64,000 bases of DNA, taken from Zygnema circumcarinatum SAG 698-1b (Eukaryota; Plantae; Zygnematophyceae). Below, one piece after another: positions 37,001 through 49,800 of the stretch. Position 1 is the first letter of the stretch. Every line of letters begins with the position of its first letter. The notes beneath the pieces were generated by a model. The model was not told the DNA's origin, made no database searches, and saw only the letters and a program-made list of their open reading frames with translations. The stretch is from the NCBI GenBank assembly GCA_037447605.1, contig CM074819.1:1696297-1760296 (forward strand), written 5' to 3'. The position numbers and the translations under genes are program-made.

Positions 37001-40000
37001 AGAGAGAGGGGGAGAGAGAAACAGAGGGAGAGAGAGAGGGAGAGAGAGAAACAGAGGGAGAGAGAGAGGGAGAGAGAAACAGAGGGAGAGAGAGAGGGGG
37101 AGAGAGAGAGGGAACAGAGGAGAGAGAGAGGGGGAGAGAGAAACAGAGGGAGAGAGAGAGGGAGAGAGAGAAACAGAGGGAGAGAGAGAGGGGGAGAGAG
37201 AAACAGAGGGAGAGAGAGGGGGAGAGAGAAACAGAGGGAGAGAGAGAGGGGGAGAGAGAAACAGAGGGAGAGAGAGAGGGAGAGAGAGAAACAGAGGGAG
37301 AGAGAGAGGGAGAGAGAAACAGAGGGAGAGAGAGAGGGGGAGAGAGAAACAGAGGGAGAGAGGGAGGGAGAGAGAGAAACAGAGGGAGAGAGAGAGGGAG
37401 AGAGAAACAGAGGGAGAGAGAGAGGGGGAGAGAGAAACAGAGGGAGAGAGAGAGGGAGTGAGAAACAGGGGGAGAGAGAGAGAGAGAGAAACAGAGGGAG
37501 AGAGGGAGGGAGAGAGAGACACAGAGGGAGGAGGTGAGGGAGAGAGAAGAGTGGGAGAGAGGGAGGGGATAAACAAGAGGGAGAGAGGGATGAGCGGAGA
37601 AACAGGGTGGAGAGAGAGAGGGAGAGAGAGAAACAGAGGAGAGAGAGAGGGAGAGAGAAATAGAGGGAGAGAGAGAGGGGGAGAGACAGAGGGAGAGAGA
37701 GAGGGAGGAGAAACAGGGGAGAGAGAGAGGGGGAGAGAACAGAGGAGAGAGGGAGGAGAGAGAGAAACAGGAGAGAGAGAGGAGAGAGAAACAGAGGGAG
37801 AGAGAGAGGGGGGAGAAACAGAGGGAGAGAGAGGAGTGAGAAATAGGGGGGAGAGAGGGGGGAGGAGGAACAGAGGAGAGAGGGAGGGGAGGAAACAGAG
37901 GAGAGAGGAAGGAGAGAAAAGCAGAGGGAGAGAGAGAGGGAGAGAGAAACAGAGGGAGAGAGAGAGGGGGAGAGAGAACAGAGGGAGAGAGAGAGGGGGA
38001 GAGAGAAACAGAGGGAGAGAGGGAGGGGGAGAGAGAAACAGAGAGAGAGGGGGAGAGAGAAACAGAGGGAGAGAGAGAGGGAGTGAGAAACAGAGGGAGA
38101 GAGAGAGGGGGAGAGAGAAACAGAGGGAGAGAGGGAGGGAGAGAGAGAAACAGAGGGAGAGAGAGAGGGAGAGAGAAACAGAGGGAGAGAGAGAGAGAGA
38201 GAGAAACAGAGGGAGAGAGAGAGGGGGAGAGAGGGGAGAGAGAAACAGAGGGAGAGAGGGAGGGAGAGAGAGAAACAGAGGGAGAGAGGGAGGGAGAGAG
38301 AGAAACAGAGGGAGAGAGAGAGGGAGAGAGAAACAGAGGGAGAGAGAGAGGGGGAGGGAGAAACAGAGGGAGAGAGAGTGGGAGTGAGAAACAGGGGGAG
38401 AGGGAGACAGAGAAAGAGAGAGAGTGTGAGGAGGTTTCTGAGAGGCTTGTCCCTACCATTTCGCCATTCCCAAACCTTTGCAACAATGAGAACTAAAACT
38501 ACTCCCCTTCTGAACCCAATCTTTTTTTGTCTTTTTCACACATGCCACGTGGCAGTCACCTGTACGCCCCGCTAACGACAAGCGAGGCCGCCCGGTGCCT
38601 CCCCCACACGCTCTCGAGCGCGGCGGTGATCTCCCCGACCGTACAGCGTACGGACGCGGCCTGTACGGCCAAAGCCAAAAGGTTGGACTCCTCCGATCGA
38701 TGATCGGACCGCGCCGCCTCCGTGAGGGCGGAGAGGGAGGCCTGCACTCTGGGGAGGAGGGAGGGAGAGGGAGAGGGAGAGGGAGAGGAGAGGGAGAGGG
38801 AGAGGAGGGAGAGGGAGAGGGAGAGGAGAGGGAGAGGAGAGGGAGAGGGAGAGGGAGGGAGAGGGAGGGAGAGGGAGAGGGAGAGGAGAGGAGAGGGAGA
38901 GGGAGAGGGAGAGGAAGAGGAGAGGGAGAGGGAGAGGGAGAGGGGTTGTGGGAGGGGAGGGGAGAGAGATTGGGGGGGAGTGAGAGAGGGGAGGGAGGGG
39001 GGAATAGAGAGGGAGAGGGGTTGGTGGGAGGGGGGGAGGGGGGGGAGAGAGATTGGGGGGGAGTGAGAGAGGGGAGGGAGGGGGGAATAGAGAGGGAGAG
39101 GGGTTGGTGGGTGGGGGGAGGGGGCGCGGGGGAGAGAGGGAGGGAGGGGGGAGGGGGCCGGAGAGAGGCGAGGGGGAGGGGGGAGGACAGTGAGAGTGGG
39201 GGAGGGGGGAGAGGGAGAGGATGGGGAGGGAAGAAAAGGGGAGAAAGAGACAGAGAGAGAGAGAAAGGGGGAGGGGGCAGGAGAGGGAGAGGAGAAAGGA
39301 GCGGGAGAGGGAGAGGGAGGGGGCGCGGGGGATGGAGGTGAGCATGAGGGGAGGCAGAGAGGGGGAGAGGGAGAGGGAGAGGGAGAGGGAGAGGGAGAGG
39401 GAGAGGGGTTTGTAGAACATACTTGGTTTCATCTCTCGACTCTCTGAGTTGCTTCAAACGTTCGATTTGCGATTTTAAAACCGCTTTGTTGTCAATAGTT
39501 CGAATGTCGACCGCCTCCTCCTTCTCGAGTCTGTACTTGTTCACTGCCACTACCACCTCTCTCCCACTGTCGATTCTCGCCTGCACAGAAATCCAAGAAA
39601 AAAATCAAAACCAAAATCAAAATCAAAATCAAAATAAAACTCTGCATTGACATTTTGTTGGAATACTCCTCGAGTAAACAATTTACATACTAATTACAAA
39701 CATTTCGAACATTTCTATTCTTCAACAATCGTCCCCTGAAAGTTGTCAACATCGTTCCATGCCGGAAGGTTCCTGGAAGATTCTGAAAATTGCAATAACT
39801 CTCAATGCTATTTAGCTTAAGGTCTTAAAACTTCCAACTTTTTTAGGATTTTCAGTGTACACATTAATCTATGGTCTAAAACCTTAAAACCCAAAAAATA
39901 ATAATAATTCTAAATCCCTATAAATTCTACAACCCTAAAAAAAGGTGCCACACCTGCTTCCTTGCGGCGCATTCTTCAATTTTGAGTTTGGGCATGCCGG

Positions 40001-41489
40001 ACGCAATAGCTGACGTCATCCCTCCCTGAGCCTCCACCTCCTCTATGATGGCCCGCGCCTTGGCCTCGAGCTCTGACGTCAGCGCCTCCATCATGTAGGA
40101 CCCGCCCCAGGGGTCTGCCACCTGGCAGCCGCCGATTGGCCGGTTTGCTAGGGCTCAGAAATCGAACTAGGGCGGGAATTAGGGTGAGTGGGAGGACAGA
40201 AATTTCTCATTTTTCGGGGCGTTTTATTCTCTTTTCCCCTTCTTCTTCTTCTCTCTCTTCTTTTCTCTTCTTCTTTCTCTCTCGTTTCTATCTCTCTCTC
40301 TCTCTTTTCTTCTCTCTTTCTTCTTCTTCTCTATCTCTCTCACTCTCTCTTCTATCTCTCTCTTCTCATTCTTCTCTTCTTCTTCTCTCTTCTTCTCTCT
40401 CTACCTTTGTGAGGCCTGTCTCTTCTTGGAGGATGAGTTGTGTGTTGCGAGCGATCCTCGCGCTTTGCTCAGAAGGGAGTGCCAGGGCCTGCGGGAAGAG
40501 CAGAGAGAGAGAGAGAGAGAGAGTGGGAGAGAGAGAGAGAGGGAGAGAGAGAGAGAGCAGAGTTAAAGAGTGAGAGGGACGGGCAATTTTGAATGAAAGA
40601 GAGCGAGCAAAAGAGAGAAAACAGAGCGAACGAGCAAGCCCTTGCAATAATGTGGATGAGAGAATATTAGGAGATACAGAGAGGGAGAGGGGGGAAGGGG
40701 AAGAGTCAGAGAGACAGCGAGAGAGAGGCAGAGCGAGAGCGAGAGAGAGAGAGAGTGGAAGAGAGAGAGAGAGTGAGAGAGAGAGAGAGGGAGGGAGAGA
40801 GAGAGGCCCACCTCATCGTATGAGTTGGTATGCAGCGACTGCGTGCCCCCAAGCACTGCCGCCATGGCTTCAACGGTTGTCCGTACGATGTTGTTGAAGG
40901 GGTCCTGCTCCGTTAAACTGTAGCCGGAAGTCTGACAAAATGAAAATAAATAAATAAATAAAGTAGAACAAAAATACCACGAGTGGAAAACTAAATAGAG
41001 TAGTTATACATACTCTATGAATTAGCATCTCGTTTTCCCTGCAGAGGACTGCAGGTCGCTCGAACTTCCTTGCTCATCCTCGCCTCCATCTCTCTCTCTC
41101 TCTCTCTCCCACTCACTCTCTATCATTCTCTCCACATCTAACTCTCTATCCACCTCTCGCCCCCTCCCGCTCACTCCAAAAAGTCCTGTTTCCCTCCTCA
41201 CTCCCTCTCCCTCTCACTCGTCCATCCTCTCCTTCCCTTCTCTCCCTCCCTCCCTCCCCCTCCTCTCCCTCCCTCCTCTCCTTCCCTTCTCTCCCTCCCT
41301 CCCCTCCTACCCTTCCCTCCCCAAGTTACCTGACAGTGCGTTCTCAGTGCCATCGATTTATCATTTTTTGGATCAAATTTCTCCTGTGCCCCAACGAATC
41401 GTATTCAATAACAACCTTTTGAACCATAATAGGAAGGCCCAGACAAAGCAAACGCTTCAAAAGAGGGAGGGAGAGAGAGAGAAATGACA

Positions 41490-41522
<33 letters not shown>

Positions 41523-43691
41523 GTGTGGGAGAGACGGAGAAAGAGAGAGTCAGAGGGTGAAAGGGGAGAGGGGAGGGAGGGAGATATATGCAGAGAGGGA
41601 GAGGGGGGGCGAGAGAGAGAGAGGGAAAGAGAGAGCGAGAGAGAGAGAGAGAGAAAGGGTGGCAGTGACATACCTTCACTAATTTAGCCCAAAGCCGTCT
41701 CGCTGCTCTCATTTTCGCAATCTGAAAACTCAAAAAGGACCAAAAAAAAACCAAAAGTTCAATCAGAAAGCGGAGCAGAGTCCTATGAGCTTTAGGGTTT
41801 CCAGGAATTTTAAAAAAGAAAAAAAAAATCAATTTATAACAAATTCAAAGGAAAGAAAGGTTCGTTATTTCTAATTTTTTTTAAGGGTTTGCTTACCTCC
41901 ATATAAAAATTCATTCCGATTGCCCAAAAAAAAGAAAATCTCGGGGCCAAATCGTCGACTCCCAACCCTGCCATCTGTCCGCATCGAATGTATTCGAGTC
42001 CGTCTGCAATCGTAAAAGCCAATTCTACAGCGCTGCACAAAAAAAAAAGAAAAAAAAAAAAAAAAATTAAAAGAATTCAGGACAAACAACCCACATTTCA
42101 AAAGTTTAAAAAACGATTCCTCGAAGCTTCAAAAAAAAGTTTCCCAAAAAAAAGTTTCCCAAAAATCTCCCAAAAACTGACCCAAAGGTTTCCTGCTAGT
42201 TCCCTGAATATTTACAAATTATAATCACTAGGTTGGCTTTTGTCGGTTTATTTGTATCATCAAGAATAGATATACACCAAAAAAAAAATTATTATTACCA
42301 GTCCGCCCCCGCCTCCTGCATGTGGTAGCCCGATATCGATATCGAGTTGAACCTCGGCATGTGCCGTGCCGTGTACGCCATGACGTCACCCACTATGCGC
42401 ATGCTTGCCGCCGGGGGGTAAATGTATGTGTTGCGGACCATGTACTCCTTCAGGATGTCGTTTTGGATGGTGCCGGAAAGCTGGTGGATAGGGGCACCTG
42501 GCACCATCGGCTTGACTTTGAATGACTTTGAAAGACTTTGAATGACTTTGAATGACTTTGAATGACTTTGAATGACTTTGAATGCAGGAAAGGAAAGGAT
42601 AGGAAGGCGGTGAGAGCTGACAGTAGAGGAAGGCGTCAAAGGCAAAGGGAGAGAGATAACGAGAGTGATAACGAAAGAGGGAGAGAGAGCGAGAGTGGGA
42701 GAGAGGGAGAGGGGACGCAGAAGTGGAGAGGGAGGGGGAGAGAAGGATAGCGAAAGAGGGAGAGAGAAGGAGAGGGGACGTGGAAAGTGGGAGGGCGAAT
42801 GAAATAGGGAAAGTGCGAGAGAGAGGGAGAGAGGAACGGGGGACGCAGAAGGGGAGAGGGAGGGACGGAGAGGGGAGAGAAAGAGGGAGAGAGAGGGAGA
42901 GTGAGAGAGAGAGAGCGTGAGGGAGAGGTAGAGGCTCACCTTGCTCTATTGCGGCGGCGATATAGAAGGCCATGATGGGGAGGACCGCCCCATTCATGGT
43001 CATGCTGACGCTCATTTTGTCCAACGGAATTCCGTCAAACAGCCGCTTCATGTCTTCAACGGAGTCAACGGCGACTCCCGCCATTCCCACGTCTCCGGAG
43101 ACTCGGGGGTGGTCGGAGTCGTACCTGCACATGTGGCAGTTTTCCGTTCAGTTTTTAGGGTTTTCAGCATTATAGGGGTGAGGGGAGGGGGGTAAATTTT
43201 CCAAGTCGTCAATCGTCTTTTGAGTTTAACAAATACTGGAATTTTCTAGTAAATGGTTTTATTTAGCTTAGTCAATCAGTTAGTTTCTGAACACGTTTTG
43301 AATCATTGAAAGAAGGACAAGCAAACATGCAGGGAGTCACGCACTTTTGTGGAGGTCCGTGTAACTGAATGAAGTAGTTTCTATGCTTCAACTGTGTGCA
43401 GTTTGTTGAGAACTGACCCCCTATGAGTCGCGAGATCGAAAGCAATACTGAGCCCTTTCTGCCCCGCAGCCAAATTCCGACGATAAAATGCGTTCGATTC
43501 CTCCGCAGTGCTGCTCCAATGAGCACAAAAAACATAGAAATGTTGAACTGAATGAAAGAAAACGTGGGAGAGCAATGTGCAACAGAGATTTTTCAATCGA
43601 TACAAAAGGAAAGGGAGAAAAAGAGAGGGATTGAGAAGAGCAGGAGGAAAAGTGGAAAGGGAGGGGCAGAGGGAGAGAGCGAGAGAGAGAT

Positions 43692-43723
<32 letters not shown>

Positions 43724-44855
43724 GGAGAGAGAGAGAGAGAGTTAGAGAGGGAGTGAGAACAAGACGGCGAGAAAGAGACGGATCGTAGATAGTAGACCTC
43801 CAACAATCCTTCTCTTGTATAATCTGTATACAGCTTCATAAGTAAATTCTCTCACTTGAACCCAGCAGCCTACAAATAGGAAAAAAACAAAGGGCCGTCC
43901 CCAAACAATGAAAAGCATTGACTTCAACAACGAATAATTCCCCCCCTCTCTCCCTCTCCCTCCTCCTCACCGTCTCCCTCTCTCTCTCTCTTTCTTCCAC
44001 TTTCTCCCTCCCCACCCTCTTCCTCTCCTTCTTTCTCCCTCTCCCTCCTCTCCCTCTCCCTCCCACTCTCCCTCCACGGACCCCAGGGCATCCCCTGCAG
44101 CCCGTGTACAAGCAAATAAGTGAATGAGCCACCTGTAGCCCGCGTATTGGCGGATGGTCCAGGGCCGCCACGTGTACATGGAGGCGTACGGCCCCCGCGT
44201 GTAGGGCCACACCCCCGGCAGCTCCGCCTCCGCCTCCTCCGGCACGTCCCGGGAGCTGTACACGGGCTTCAGGGGGAGGCCCTGGGGGAGGGAGAGGAGG
44301 AGAGGGAGAGGGGGGGGTGAGAGAGGAGGGGGAGGGGGNNNNNNNNNNGGGAGGGGGAGGGGGAAGGGGAGGGGGAGAGACACATGCGGGGAGGAGAGAG
44401 AGGGGGTAGAGAGGGAGATAACAAATGTGTCCTACCTCCGGTGTGACAGTAGCGAGAGTCTCCCACGGGTTTCCTCCTCCGCTCTCCTTCCCCGCCCTCT
44501 TCTCCCACTCCTCTATGGTCGACTTGGTCAGCAAACAACGGCATTGCTTCAACAGAAAAGGGCCCCTCTCGCCTCCAAGGGCTCCTTTTCCCTGTCCCCC
44601 AAAAAAAAAAAAAAAAAAAATGGGGGAGTAGAGATGGGTTGCAAGAACTGGAAAAGAAAAAGAAACGCCTCGTTTGGGTTTGGACCATCGAAGGGCGAAC
44701 TTCATGGTTTTAAGATGTGTTTAATGATGATGCGATGGGTCAATAAGAGTCACTGTCCCCCCTCCCTCTCCCCACTCTCATTGTTTCTAGTAGTATTAGA
44801 CTGTTTACATTGTATTTTATTTGAGCTTATTCCTTTACGTATGCTCTCCCCCCCC

Positions 44856-44889
<34 letters not shown>

Positions 44890-45259
44890 GTATCTCTCTC
44901 TCTCTCTGTGTATCTCTCTCTCATTCTCTTCGTCTCGTTCAGCTCTTGCAGAATTGGTCTCATAGCGGAACAATTTTTTTTCTTATTAATGGGAGCCTTC
45001 GACGATTGTTACGACTCCTGCGAAGGAGGAGCTACAGGGAGAGAGAGAGAGCGAGAGAGAGAGAGGGAGAGAGAGAGAGAGAGAAAGAGAAATTCACAAA
45101 GGAGAGGGGAGAGGGAGAGGGAGAGGGAGAGAATAATGAAATAAACAATTAGGAGCCAGAAAATGGGATGCAGAGACATATGAACATGTTTCTTCCTTCA
45201 AAGGTTGGAGGCAGCGGTACCTTGGAATGGGAGAGGAGGAGCAGCCTCCGTGTAGCCAT
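34095..45259 (-). CDS. MUT: Adenosylcobalamin-dependent methylmalonyl-CoA mutase, mitochondrial precursor; ~17 exons
   Basis: [121 protein letters not shown] and the B12-binding motif [20 protein letters not shown]...FGPGT. The N-terminus [13 protein letters not shown] is presequence-like. No premature stops in the spliced frame. Confidence 0.95.
35505..38430. repeat. ~2.9-kb GA-rich minisatellite (unit ~28-32 bp, agaaacagagggagagagagagggggagag) filling a MUT intron
   Basis: Dozens of imperfect copies anchored on AGAAACAGAGGG. It is the source of the long spurious SL/ER ORFs. Confidence 0.95.
42514..42584. repeat. 10-bp tandem repeat (gactttgaat) x7 near the 3' end of a MUT intron
   Basis: cttgactttg aatgactttg aaagactttg aatgactttg aatgactttg aatgactttg aatgactttg aatg. 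Confidence 0.9.
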
Positions 45260-45260
45260 G

Positions 45261-45320
<60 letters not shown>

Positions 45321-45521
45321 GGGAGAAGGGGGAAAGTTGGGAGTGAAAGCTCTATCTTTGCTTCTCTCACTACAGGAGGCTTCTCCACGGCTCCATTGCC
45401 AGCTGTACTCGAAAATCTCCAATGGCGGTGAGACACGTGTCAGCTTTGTACACGTGGTGGGCCGACATTGGCTCTGTTGCCCATACAGTTGGCAATGGAG
45501 AAAGGCCCCCGGCCCGAAAGG

Positions 45522-45670
45522 GAGGTGATGTGGGAGGGTGATGTCAACGTCCAAAGTGATGTTGGAGGGTGATGTGAAATCCGAAACTGATGTTGAAGGG
45601 GTGATGTTCGAAGTCCAAAGTGATGTGGAAGGGTGATGTTCCACGACCAAAGTGATGTGGAAGGGTGATA
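45522..45670. repeat. 31-32-bp tandem repeat (gggtgatgtNNNNNNccaaagtgatgtggaa), ~4.5 copies, in the MUT / dioxygenase divergent intergenic region
   Basis: Units begin at ~45537, 45568, 45599, 45631 and 45663, giving about 10 (G)TGATG cores. Confidence 0.85.
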
Positions 45671-46825
45671 GAGGCAGGCCAAACTCTGCCCGTTAGGGAG
45701 CGTCTAATGATGTAGCAGTGTTCGCAACATATGCCGTACGGTTTCGTACGTTATGTAAAGCGTGTTCCCGCAAGCGGTGGCGAGTCAGCAGCGGAGGGCC
45801 CGCGGAGGATATTTTGGATTCCGTTCCATGCGCTGCTACATTTTCCGTATCCGGCTTAAACCGACGTGGCGAGCAATGGACCAATGGCGTTGCGTTGTGA
45901 ACTTGTCCATGCTGACGTGGATGTCGGTGAATGGTGCTCGGCTTTAAAGTTTTAGAGCAGAATTCGTACTTCGGTAACTCCTTGGTAGAAGGCAGATGCG
46001 CGAATTAGAGATTTGCAAAGTACGTAATTGTTGAAACGTGGATTGCCAGCAGTGCAACTATAGTCGACTCGTCCGTCGCAAGTGCGACGTTGCTGAGCTG
46101 ACGTCGCGTTCGTTCCAAGAACGGATGGTCACGTTCTATGTTGTATTCTATGATTGTAGCTCTGTTTAACTACAGAACTAGCTCCTTGTACACAAATGTT
46201 ACGCAAAGCGGCAAATTCTAAATTTCCAACAGCCCGTAAAGGAGCGCTATGCTCCATGCGGAAAATCATTTAAAGCTTAGTTGAACTAGGCAAAGCATAG
46301 AAGAATAGAAGCCACCACGTGGCCTAGTACGGAGAACTTTGTCGGCTTGTGTTCGTACGGTCAAAACGTCTTCAAACATCTACTTGACGCGACCATCGTG
46401 CGGTACAATGCACCGGGACACCTTGCCCCATGTTCTCCGCACCTGGACGCCACCGACCATCATTTGACCACCTTCCAAGAAGCTTCCAAACGAAATATGC
46501 AAAATTTCCAGAACGCATAGCAGCATCGTGGCCGTAGAAAATGTTCTAATTCGTACGATAGTGTGCATCTGGACCGTCCGTCGGTTGCACTTTTTGCTTA
46601 GTGCATTGCATGCTCATCATAAGATGATCGCCGAAACAAGTATGTACGGACTGGTCTATATTTTTTGTCGTTTAGCGCGTCATGAAAGTGAGACGGGATG
46701 CATTTTAGGAAACCGAGAACAAGAGATGCAAATTGAAAATTATAAAAATTTGTGTCGAAATTTCTTTGAGCTTCAATTTTCTTTTCTCTTTTGGAGCTCC
46801 GTTGCTGCTGTTGGGTCGGTGGGCC

Positions 46826-49800
46826 ATGCCGGGACTGGAGAAGGAGATGGGAGGTAACCTGCTAAGCATATTTGATTCTACTTTTCTTTAGAAAAAATAA
46901 AATATGGGTTTTTCGTAAAATGTCGAATACTATGAGTAACTAAATCTTTAATTTTCTGTATTTCCAATTATTATCCCTTTTTTCAGGTATGCAGGTGGAG
47001 GTGAAGCAGGAGAGGAGAGGAGAGCATGTCCACGAGTGGTGGGCGGAGGGCGGAGGGGACATTCCAAGTCACTTTGTGCTGCCCGAAGAGCACAGGCCCA
47101 ACATCAAACATAATCAATTTGCAGATGTGGGCCAGATTCCTGTCATTGATTTGAGCCCCCTCAGGAAAGGCGGGAATGCCGAGGAGGCGGAGAAGGTGAG
47201 GGAGGGAGGAGCAGAGGGACGGGGACAGGGAATGGGGAGAGGGAGGNNNNNNNNNNGGGAGGGGGAAGGGATGCAAAGAGGAACTGGTAGGGAGCCCTGA
47301 GGGTTGTTAATGAGTTGGTTGAATTTTCTGATTTGATTTATTTCCTCCATTGGGGAGGTGGTGGAGGGGGGAAGGGATGGGGAATGGAGGGAGAGATGTG
47401 GGAGGAGGAAGGTTGATTCAGGTTAAATTTGCCTGTAAAGCGTTTGAGTAGGCTGTTAATGTATGCCTGAAGCGGAGTGCAGACGATTCAAGAAATCGCG
47501 GCTGCGTGTGAAGAATGGGGCTTCTTCCAGGTCGGTCTCTCCCTCTCTCTCTGTCTCTATCTCTCTCTCTCTCTCTCGCTCCCCACCTCCCTCCCTTTCC
47601 TCTCTCCTCCTTCCTCGCACTCTCCCTCGCTAACAGATTAGGGCTGATGTGGCACATGCAAGCTGGGTCAGGTTACCGGCCATGGCGTGCATCTTGAGCT
47701 ATTGGAAAATTTGAAAAACGAAGCCCGAGCCTTCTTCGCACTGCCTCTCGAAGAGAAGCGGAAAATCCGGCGTAGCCTCAGGTGGATTCAGCATAATCTT
47801 GTCTTCAAGCGGACTTGCCAGGAGAATTTAACAGGGAAATGCTTTGCTTTTCTGGAGAGGGTGAGAATGTGTAGACATAGCTCATCCGTCCGTACAGGAG
47901 ACAGCAGAGAAACTTACTTTACTTTCCTGAAAGGGTTTTTTGAAAGAGTTTTCTTTTTTTTTTTAATTTTCTTTTTAAAGTAAACCTATCATACGCATAT
48001 GTGCACATGCATGTGACCTCCCTTTCTTTGTGCGAAACAGCTCCGTTCCGCCGCTGCTGAAACTGACTACAGATTGCATTTGGGGTAATTTCAGAAACGG
48101 ATACGGCTACTTTGAAAGCGAGCTGACGAAAAATGTGAGGGATTGGAAAGAGGTTTTCGATTGCACTTGTAAGCCCAATCCGGAGCTTCCCGACGATGAT
48201 CCGGCCAATCGGACGGTAGACGGGTGGAATCAGTTTCCACAGGATCCACCTGGGTTCAGGTGTGAACACTCAATTGAGACTGGATTAACGTTACCGGCAA
48301 TTGGTTTTAGGGTATTGACTTGGATGTAGGAAGAAACCTCGTTTTTTCTTATTCTTTTTGACATATTATCATTTGTTCACTTATCTCTCTGCCACTCTCT
48401 CCTACTGACTCCCTCGCTCTCCTCTCTCCTGCGTTTCTTCCTTTTTCTCTACTGCTCATCGACTCTCTCTTGGTCTCTGCCACTCTCCTCTCCCTCGCTC
48501 TCTCTCACTTCTCGCCCCCCTCCAGCTTTTCTCCTTCCTGGCAGCCCCCCTGACTTTACCCCCACTTATGTAATGAAATATAACAACAAAAATCAGAGAA
48601 TTGAAACTATTTCCCTTTCCCTCCTTAAGCATGATCAGTCAAAATCAGTAAGCGAATCATCAAGCAACCCTAAAAGCCCCAAATTTCCCTCCCTCCCTCC
48701 CTCCCTCCCTCCCTCNNNNNNNNNNCCCTCCCTCCCTCCCTCCCTCCCTCCCTTCCTTTTCCCTGTGCAGAGATGCTGTCGAAAAGTGGTATGCTGCTGT
48801 GGAAGTACTCGCTTTTGACCTTTTGAGCTTCATCTCCCGCAGCCTCGGCCTCTCTCCCACCCACTTTTTTAAATTTTACGACAAACATTCGAGCCTTTTG
48901 CGCCTAAATAATTACCCGGTCTGTCCCGACCCGAGCCTGACATTGGGAGTCAGCCGCCATAAGGACGCGGGGGCCCTCACAGTGCTCGTGCAGGACGAGG
49001 TGGGCGGCCTCCAAGTGAGGGCCAAAGATGGGGAGTGGGTGGGAGTGAAGCCCAATCCTCAAGCTTTCGTTGTCAATGTGGGAGACATCTTTCAGGTACA
49101 GTTCTAGCGTTTCCATGTGTATTGTTAGGGTTGCCGTGTGTATTGTTAGGGCTGCCGTGTGTATTGTTAGGGTTTCCATGTGAATGTTAGGGTTTCCATG
49201 TGTACTGTGGGGGTTTTCATGTCTATTGTGAAGGTTCTCATTCGTACTGTGAGGGTTGCATGTGTGATGTGAAGATTTTTATGTGTATTGAGAGGGTTCC
49301 ATGTGCAATGTTAGGGTTTGCATGTGTACTGAGAGGGTTTCCATGTGCAATGTTAGGATTTCCATGTGTATGAAGGTTTCCACGTATTCTGTGGGGGTTT
49401 CCATGTGGTACTGTGAGGGTTGTTATGTGTATTGTTAGGGTTTCCATGTGCAATGTTAGGGTTTCCATGTGTATCGTAAAAGTTTCCATGTGAATTGGGA
49501 CGTTTTCTATGAGTACTGTTAGGGATGGGCTTCCATGTGTGACGTTAGTTTTGTTAATGTCATAATTTCTGGGTTTCCGTGCGTAAATGTAAAGGTTCAA
49601 GGGTTTGAATGGTTGGCTGGTTAATCAGAGCGCTTGCCTGTTTGCATTAAACAAAAAAGAGAACCTAGTTGCAGCTTTGACTGTTGGTTTGCGGTTTGTG
49701 GTTTGTGGTTTCTAGGTTTGGAGCAACGACAGGTACCAGAGCGTGGAACATCGAGTTGTCACGAACCAAAGTACGGCCCGGTTGTCGGTGCCCTTCTTTT

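Noticed and set aside
34647-38496. Long ORFs of 335-1017 aa (poly SL/SP or ER/GE)
   Set aside because: Translations of GA/CT minisatellite inside MUT introns; they are stop-free only because of base composition.
44930-45033. Possible extra MUT exon between CT and GA tracts
   Set aside because: Exon 1 splices in phase directly to the exon at 44591, and this segment hits a stop in that frame.
45537-45670. CRISPR-like repeat with variable internal bases
   Set aside because: The variable part is only 5-6 nt, there are no unique 25-45-nt spacers or cas genes, and the context is eukaryotic.
2483-48725. Four 10-N runs (2483, 44339, 47247, 48716)
   Set aside because: Fixed-size assembly gaps in G-rich or C-rich tracts, not biology; true tract lengths are unknown.
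49108-49545. Possible CRISPR or telomere array; METLTIH-repeat ORFs on the minus strand
   Set aside because: A degenerate head-to-tail ~21-bp intronic minisatellite with no spacers; the ORFs are by-products.
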